Assembly: GCA_021613535.1 (NCBI GenBank)
Contig: CP075493.1
Span: 6,634,001-6,698,000, forward strand
Origin: Adineta vaga
Taxonomy: Eukaryota > Animalia > Rotifera
Direction: 5' to 3'
DNA: 64,000 nucleotides
The notes under the pieces are model-generated. The model had not been told where the DNA came from, ran no database searches, and worked only from the letters and a program-made list of their open reading frames with translations. Both the position numbers and the translations under genes were made by a program. Positions 56,521 through 64,000 of this stretch are shown piece by piece. The stretch's first letter is position 1. Each line of letters starts with the position of its first letter.

Positions 56521-57467
56521 AAAGAGAAAAGAAATTTTCCTTTCATTTCTTTTTTCGGCATCTCTGTTTCATTTTCGTTTCTCTTTCTTTCGCATATTGT
56601 GATATTTGTCTATGTTGTAAAAAAAAAGGGGAAACTATACATACACACACATACATACATATTGATGTATATGTACGAATAGATGATACTCACACGTTTA
56701 TTTGTCATCTCTCAGGCTGCTATTACGTTCATTTTTTTTCAGTCTTATATATGTACATGTAGTTGTGTAGTTTATTTCTGTTTTCTTTTCTCTGTTGATC
56801 TGAAAGAAAAAAAAAAGTTTTTTCTTCTACATGTGCGTGTACGTGTGCAATTCTTATGTACTCATTTCAATCCCACCTTTTCTCTTTCTCGTTCCTATTT
56901 GGCTCTAGTCTCTCGGCCTTCTTATTTATATATTTTTTGTTGTTTGTACAGTGTCAATTTTTTTCTCTCTCTTTTTGTATCCATGCAATATTATGCGCGT
57001 ATATATAAATATAAATATTTATTTGTGCCTTGTCTCCACTTTCTAGAATGATATTTTGCGTTCCTAAAGAAACTTGTTCTCTTCGTAACCGAATTTTGTA
57101 CAATCCTCGTTTCTTATCTGTTGATGTGCCGTGTCGTTCATCATTTTCTTCTTCTTCTGCTTCTTCTATTTCCTCTGTTTTCATGAACCAGATCACATAG
57201 ACAGAACGACGACAACGACGAAAATATATAGACTCATTTTGATGTGTGTGTGCGTGTGTATGAGTGTATTTCAATTTAAAACAATAATGGACTTTTCACA
57301 TTTTTGCAAAAAAAAAAAGAAATTTTTCTTTTCATAAGAATTTTGACGGAAAAAACCATCTCTTTTCTTTCAATCTATAAGGTAAAAAGGAAATCAGGAT
57401 GAAAGAGGATTTATGTCTCTTGACGTTTTGCATTTTTTTATTTTCCTGTTTTTTTTAATAATTCTAG

Positions 57468-59971
57468 ATGGGTAACGGAATAACTATTAATAAAAAACAA
57501 TTACCCGGTGTTCCAAAACCACCTGGAGCACGGAAAATTGTTGTTATTCCTTATCAAAAATGGATTTATTATGATGCACGTCGTTTTGGTCATTTCAATC
57601 AGTTTAGTACCGATAGTGGTTGTGAAATCATCTCAAATAATAACACAATTTTATCTGTTCTCCCGTCACTTTCTTCAAGTTCATTTACAACTCCAACTTC
57701 ATTCGTTTCAACATCATTATCATTAACCAATGATTTCATTGTACAAACCAAAACTCAATTAACATCAACATCTGTTCCTTCATCTACTTCATGTCTAACT
57801 AATAAATCCAATATACGTAATAATAATAATAATAATCCATCAGCATTTGCTCTAGTTGGCTCAGCTATGACACTATCCAGTTCATCTTCAGTGGTAACAT
57901 GTACATCCGCTACACCCTCCAATGATCCGGATGCAAGACGTTTATATCCTAAACCGGTGTATTATGTAAATGGAAGATTTTTCAAAAGTTTAACACGTCT
58001 TGGTGATGCACAATTTATTTTAAGTGAACATGGACAAGACGATATAATTCTTACTGTTCCTTCGAATATTGAACGTTATCGTACAAATGATAATACTGTA
58101 CGTGAACGTATACATCGTTTAAATCGTGTGATTGCATGCTGTGACGAATTTATTGTCTTTCAATTGTGGAAAGGAAATAATGAAGTATGTTTATTAATCA
58201 TGTCTTCATCTTTTTTGTTATTCAATTTTCTATATTAGGTGGAAATATTTGTTTTCGATCGACCTATTCCAACAGAATCATCTGAAAGTAGATCTTCATC
58301 TAAAAAATGTACATGTCCTCATCGACAATCTCAACGACCGAAATCTTCGCCTATTCCAACTGAACAATCTTCTGATTCAACTACTCGTGTAAATATACCC
58401 AATCGACATAGTTCATTAATGCAAACGGCAACCTTAAGTGCATATCATACTGGTGAACCACAACGATCACCAATCAAATCTTGTTCATTATTAAATGATA
58501 CAGAAAATCGTTTAGATATGCAAGATGATGCCTATGAATTTGTGAATAATACCAAAAAAGTTTCATATTTAACTGGTTCAGCACGTTGTACTTTGGTAAC
58601 TGCCTCAGCTGCTGCTATTGCTAGTGCTGTTGCTAATAATAATACTAACAATATTACTAACATATCTCATAACACTATATCATCGACTATGTCGAAGATT
58701 CGATTTGGAAAATCGATCAGTCGGTGAGATATTCGTGCATCTTTTTGTTGTTGTCGTAACCTAATTCGTTAAGCAAGAGAATGATAACTTCATATTGCTC
58801 TGCTATATTTGTTAATTTCATACGTAAAGTTGACATTTAATCTGAGTTTTTGTTTTTGTCTTCTTTCTCTAGTTTTCATTCGACAAGTACACGTTCAAAT
58901 TCGATATCCAATGCCAATGAATTAGTGAATAGTAAAAATTCTCAACATTTACTTCATGGTTCTAAACATCGTTCAACACCTTATCTGTCATCATTAGTAT
59001 GTAATTGTATGGATAATAATGATTTAGATTTACTACCATCTTCAACTTCGCCAACATTTTCTCTTTCATCATCATCTTCAACATGGAATAATCGTATCGT
59101 TCGTAAACTGAATTCAGTTGCACATCGTTTTAATGCACGATCTTATGCCTGTTTAATCTCACCTGATCGAACGAAATTATTAATTACACCTGATTATGAA
59201 GATAAACATTCATATAGTCATCAAATACATGAAGTTACAGTTATATTTGATATAAAAACATATGCAATACTTCGTATAGCACCAGCTCGTAAGTGATGAA
59301 ATACAATTCAATTCGATTCAATTCAAAAAAATTTCTTTGCTTTAGGTTATGATCAACGATTTTCTTTTGATCCACGTTATGGACATTCACGTCTAGCAGA
59401 ATTTGATACTGTTCGTGGTCAAATAACAGATATAACGAAAGATCGTGTTCTTGTTTGTTCGAATCATACATTAAAAACAAAAGTTTATCGTGTTGAATAT
59501 ACCAATGATGGACATTTAATTATTGTTCTATGCACACGTAAGTCATATTCAACTGATAGTTTCAATTATATTTCTCTTGTTTTTACTATTTCAGTTCCGA
59601 TATTTCAACGTGTTAAACGTAATTATTTCTTGTATATACTCAATTCATCAACATTATTACATACACGTAGTATCATCGATTATCGAGGTCCATTCTTTTC
59701 TCCATTTGTTTTTACAAATGAATTTTCACTTTTATTTAATATTTATCCATCATTATCACATTGTGGTTCTACATTAGCTGTTTTGAAAAATATTGAACCA
59801 TCATTAAATGTACGTTTAATTGAAGTTTATTCATTACCATATACATGTACAACATTGAAAGAAGTGACTCGACGAAATATTTTACGTTATGTTGATCGAA
59901 AACAAATCAAACAATTACGTTTACCTGACAATTTAAAAGCTTATCTAGCTTATAAACCACAATTCGTTTAA
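57468..59971 (+). CDS. SOCS-box protein with uncharacterised N-terminal region
   Basis: Multi-exon ORF starting MGNG and ending TTLKEVTRRNILRY...IKQLRLPDNLKAYLAY (SOCS box). Confidence 0.75.
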
Positions 59972-60279
59972 AAACGACGAAACCAAAATATACACAAAGC
60001 TTATATTTTGCTTTCTAGTCAACAATTCATATTTCTACATCAATTTGTTCTTTCTTTCTGTAGTCATTTTGGTTGCAATCTACTATTTCTTGTAATCATA
60101 TCACCTTTGTTTTATTTTCTTCTATTTTGTCGTATTTTTTTTGTTCGTATGCTTCTTTTTTCTGCTCTCGTATGATTTTAATTTAATAAAAATATAAATT
60201 ATTTTTCGATTGAAGTCTTTGAAATAAACAATATTTATTCTCGCATCAATGGATCAGAAGATGAATAAAACTTTATTAG

Positions 60280-62477
60280 TTAAAAAAGATCAAAAAAACA
60301 AATGAAAATAATTGTAAGAAAAAACTGTTTGTTTGTATTAGCTGAATTATGATTTTGTTCAATTTCACTGAGAGAAGTATTGATCTCTTCAGCAAAGATC
60401 AGATCGGTATTATTAGATGATGTAATTTGAGTTTTCAATATTCGATACAGTCTTATTGCTTCGGTATAATTATGAAGTTGTGTCTGTGCTCGAGCTATAC
60501 CAATCGTATTAATCGCTCGATGAGGAGCAGATGAATTTGCTTTTTGATACCAAGCTAATGCTCTTGATGGAAAATCATGAATTGAAACATTTGTACCATT
60601 TAATATATAATTACTTGAAAGTACACGTGTCTACAATTAACTTTCGATTTATTAACGAAAATAGATTGAAGAATAAACTTACGGATTGTTGCAAATATTT
60701 CTCATGAATAAGTAAGAGATGCATGGCAAGTAATTCAGATGATCGTGCATAGATCAAAGTAGGTGAAGTTGTATCAAGAACAAGCATTGCTTCACGTTGT
60801 GCAGCATCATTTAATGTACTTAAACAATCTTGCCATGATTGATTGAGACAAAACTGGATACCACGAAGTTGTGAAGTCATTATTGATATAATCGTAGATG
60901 CATATTGATTTTCTGTAGATGTTCGATTGGATAAAACAACCAAACGATCAAGATGATTATTCATAATTGAACTAATATTATTTGAATTGTTCATTAGTAA
61001 TAATCGAAGACATTCACCTAAATAAATGTCGATACTAAAATACATATATGTATATAGTATTTATCTCTTACTGAATCGAAGACCAGCTTCACTCCACGCA
61101 TTGGATAATATTCAGTCATATTGTCACCTATAGAAACTATTGTTTGTGTTCCATTAAGTGCTAATATTTGTTGAACTTTATCGGAGAATCGATTATCATT
61201 ATAGAACCAGAAGAATAATTCAATAATTGTACGAGCTTGTGTTCGATAAGCAGCTGATAAATAATAATTTGGTCTTATAAGTGAAAGTTTATCAGCAATG
61301 AACAGATCACGAAGCAGAGGAAGAACGCCTAACCAATTACCTATTTGAAGTCGAGTATATGAAAGCCATTCAAATGAATGAGCTCGATTTTCTGCATCAC
61401 ATTTTAGAAGTAATGGAATTTGTGTTGTATTGATTACTGAAAAAATTGCATTCAAATCAATAGAAGATATAGATATATTTTCATTTAACAATTTTCTTGC
61501 ACACAATTCCAAACCAACTCTTATACAATTTCCATCTGCTGTTGATGCAAGATTCCATGATCCTATTAAACGAAGGAAAACCTTTATTATAATGATTTGA
61601 GAAAAAAAAACAATTCTCACCTGTTCTCATCCAAATATGTGCAGGCATATGTTGTGCATGCGATGCAGTAAGAACGATTTTACCATACAATAAAGCATAC
61701 TCTCTTGCTTGTTCAGCAACGTCAACCTTTACTACATCATAAGCATGAATGAGATAATGAAGTAGACCTGGATGATTGGGTTCCATATTGAGAACTTCTC
61801 GAAGTCGTTCTCTTGCAGTAATCATATAAGCTGGTTCCATTTGTGATTGAAATCGAGCTTGATCAGCAACATTGAGAAGAGATAAACCCCAAAGAACACG
61901 AATATCAGTTTCATTTGGATACATTAAAGATAGATTACCAATAGATGATAGAAATGTCACTTCTCCAACTGTTGTATTAGTTTGATTCGTATACCATAGA
62001 TAAGCAGTGGAAAGAAGGGAAGATTGTAAAGACGAAAGCGTAATATTTGAAATGTTCAACATAGTTTGAGCTGCTCGATAAACGGATTGTCCACATGTAC
62101 GATCCGTATATGACCATAAGGCATGTTTACATCTACATTAAAATGCAAATTTCATCAGAAGCGTAGAAATAAAATGAAGAAGAATCATACCCTAACATTT
62201 TACCAATATAAGCTTCGATCAATGTTGGAGTTTTATTGATAGCTAAATCGAAAGCATCACGAGCTTCATCATAGAGAAATGAATGCAAACAAAGGTAACC
62301 AATATAGAAATGATGATGAGCAATTGATGACGAATTCAATGTGAGACCAAGCGGACGTTGAATATCTCCTAATTGTAAATATGATTCCCATGGAAGAATA
62401 TCCTCTGTCGTATTCCAAGACAAACTATGAACATTTATTCGCAACAGAAAAAGAATAAGACCAATAATATACAACAT
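60280..62477 (-). CDS. Secreted TPR-like protein of a bacterial-type family; apparent frameshift at ~61097
   Basis: Signal peptide, G..CLHSF.Y.EA..AF, PNHPGLLHYLIHAYD, SHAQHMPAHI..R.G.W, hydrophobic C-terminus; several GT-AG introns. Confidence 0.75.
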
Positions 62478-62909
62478 AACTTCTTAATAGTATAAAAACT
62501 AATGTATACTATTGAATAAAATAAATCGAATTTTTATACTTCTCATATATTTCACCTGTAAATAATAATGTGTATATTCATATATATTTATAGTATAGAA
62601 ACAATATTATTGAGTAAAATATATATATTTGTACACGTACATGTACACTGCAGGAAGAGTTTAACAAATACTTGGCGAGGAAAGAAAAACACGTAGGATA
62701 AGAATCATACTGTTTTTACCTTGAATATACAAATACGTCATTTATACACAAATCTGTTGATACTTTTCATATGAAATCTTTATATTTGTATACTGATTTA
62801 ATCAAGTTATGTAAAGAAAAGGAAGTATATTGCTTTTATATAGACGTCAAAACAATATTATTCTAAAAATAGTATCTGATTGAATTGTATTTTTATTCCT
62901 TGTGTAATA

Positions 62910-64000
62910 TCATACTAAAGTTTGAAAAACGTCAGTTTTAATCAAGTTCATTTGCTTTAAACATTCGATTAGTTTTATATCAAACCATTTTTTGTATGGC
63001 ATTTCTCGTAACCATTGAGCAGGCAATGCGCTATACCCATGTCTTGCTCCATACATTGTTCCACATACTGCTCCATTCGTATCTGCATCACCTCCATATC
63101 GAATCAAAGCATTCAAAGTCTCTTTGAATGAATGTTTAGATCGTAAACCATAAAATCCGGATGCTAAACATTTATATGTATAACCGATACCTGATGGTGC
63201 GTCAAGTTCTAAATCCTCAAGAGTGCGCGATCGATCTGTATGCCATAAAAATTCATCACGTTGATCTCGCGGAAAATCATTTCCCAGAATTTGAATGGTT
63301 TCTTGTAGAGCATTTTTAGCAATTGATTCAATATTAGTATCATCGAGTTTTTTGTTCAAAAGTTCAGCAATAACCAAACAAACAGCTAAACATGATGCAA
63401 TACAACGAGGATCAAAATGAGTCGTTTTACACATCCGTATAGTTGTTGATTTTAACTATGTGAAATAGAAAGTTAAAAAGAAGTGTTCAACATTAAAATT
63501 ATTATGAAAATATGCATCTATTGTTATTTACTTTTTCCAGATCATTGTAATAAACAAGAGCAACAGCTGAACAACGCATTACAGCTCCATTTGGTGCTAC
63601 TTGACGATTTCCTTTTTCCCAAACCATTCGACTTGCCTCAATTGGATTTTCGAGATATCCTTGACTGAAAACCACCTACAACGATAATTCATCGATTTTC
63701 AAAAATTGCAAAATTGAAAGTAGTAAACAATATTCAATTACTTTTTGAACATTAGCTCCTAATCCCATACCAACATGATCACCTAACATGGGAAAACCAC
63801 GTTGAATCCAATTCTTTAACTTTGCCGCAAAGATTTTTTCATCCGAATTTCCTTCCAGTATTGTTTCTAGAATCAATATCCATTGATCTGTATCATCAGT
63901 CCAATCACCACGTACCCATCGATTCGAATGTCCTGTTAGTATGTAATCCGGAAAAGGAATAATCTGAGATTGATCAGGATAAGCTCGTGCAACTCGTTCA
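62910..64000 (-). CDS. ADP-ribosylglycohydrolase family protein (5' part outside window)
   Basis: RGDWTDDTDQ, GMGLG, NGAVMR, TH.DP, GGDADTNGAVCG...GA. Confidence 0.92.

Noticed and set aside
56683-57337. Hydrophobic ORFs after the MBD5/6-like gene
   Set aside because: U-rich UTR/intergenic sequence with dinucleotide repeats.

Overview
AT-rich eukaryotic DNA with many short (~45-75 nt) GT-AG introns, so most ORF-track entries are single exons or antisense shadows. The composition, tiny introns and mix of metazoan and apparently foreign genes suggest a bdelloid rotifer (inference, not confirmed). Left arm (1-12 kb): a truncated type II membrane protein, then the minus-strand run PELO > KDELR > RPP21 > CHCHD1, and an inverted paralogue pair flanking an intronless gene of a non-animal-looking family. 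Middle (12-29 kb): gene-poor, with one intronless GPCR, WDR12 and ABHD6 pseudogenes, hAT-type mini-elements and a fold-back array of telomere-like repeats. Right arm (29-64 kb): flavin amine oxidase, a bacterial-type family II pyrophosphatase carrying spliceosomal introns, an RRM-Tudor gene, the plus-strand run LNPK, KARS1, ATP5S, RNF5/185, PITPNM, CDA, MBD5/6-like and a SOCS-box gene, then a secreted bacterial-type TPR protein and an ADP-ribosylglycohydrolase. Most notable: the RPP21-CHCHD1 junction (27 nt, bicistronic or fusion), the intron-bearing PpaC, the fold-back G-rich array, a 38-bp hAT element with a perfect 8-bp target duplication, and the split start codon plus mitochondrial exon of KARS1. 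All family calls are from recalled motifs; no searches were run.
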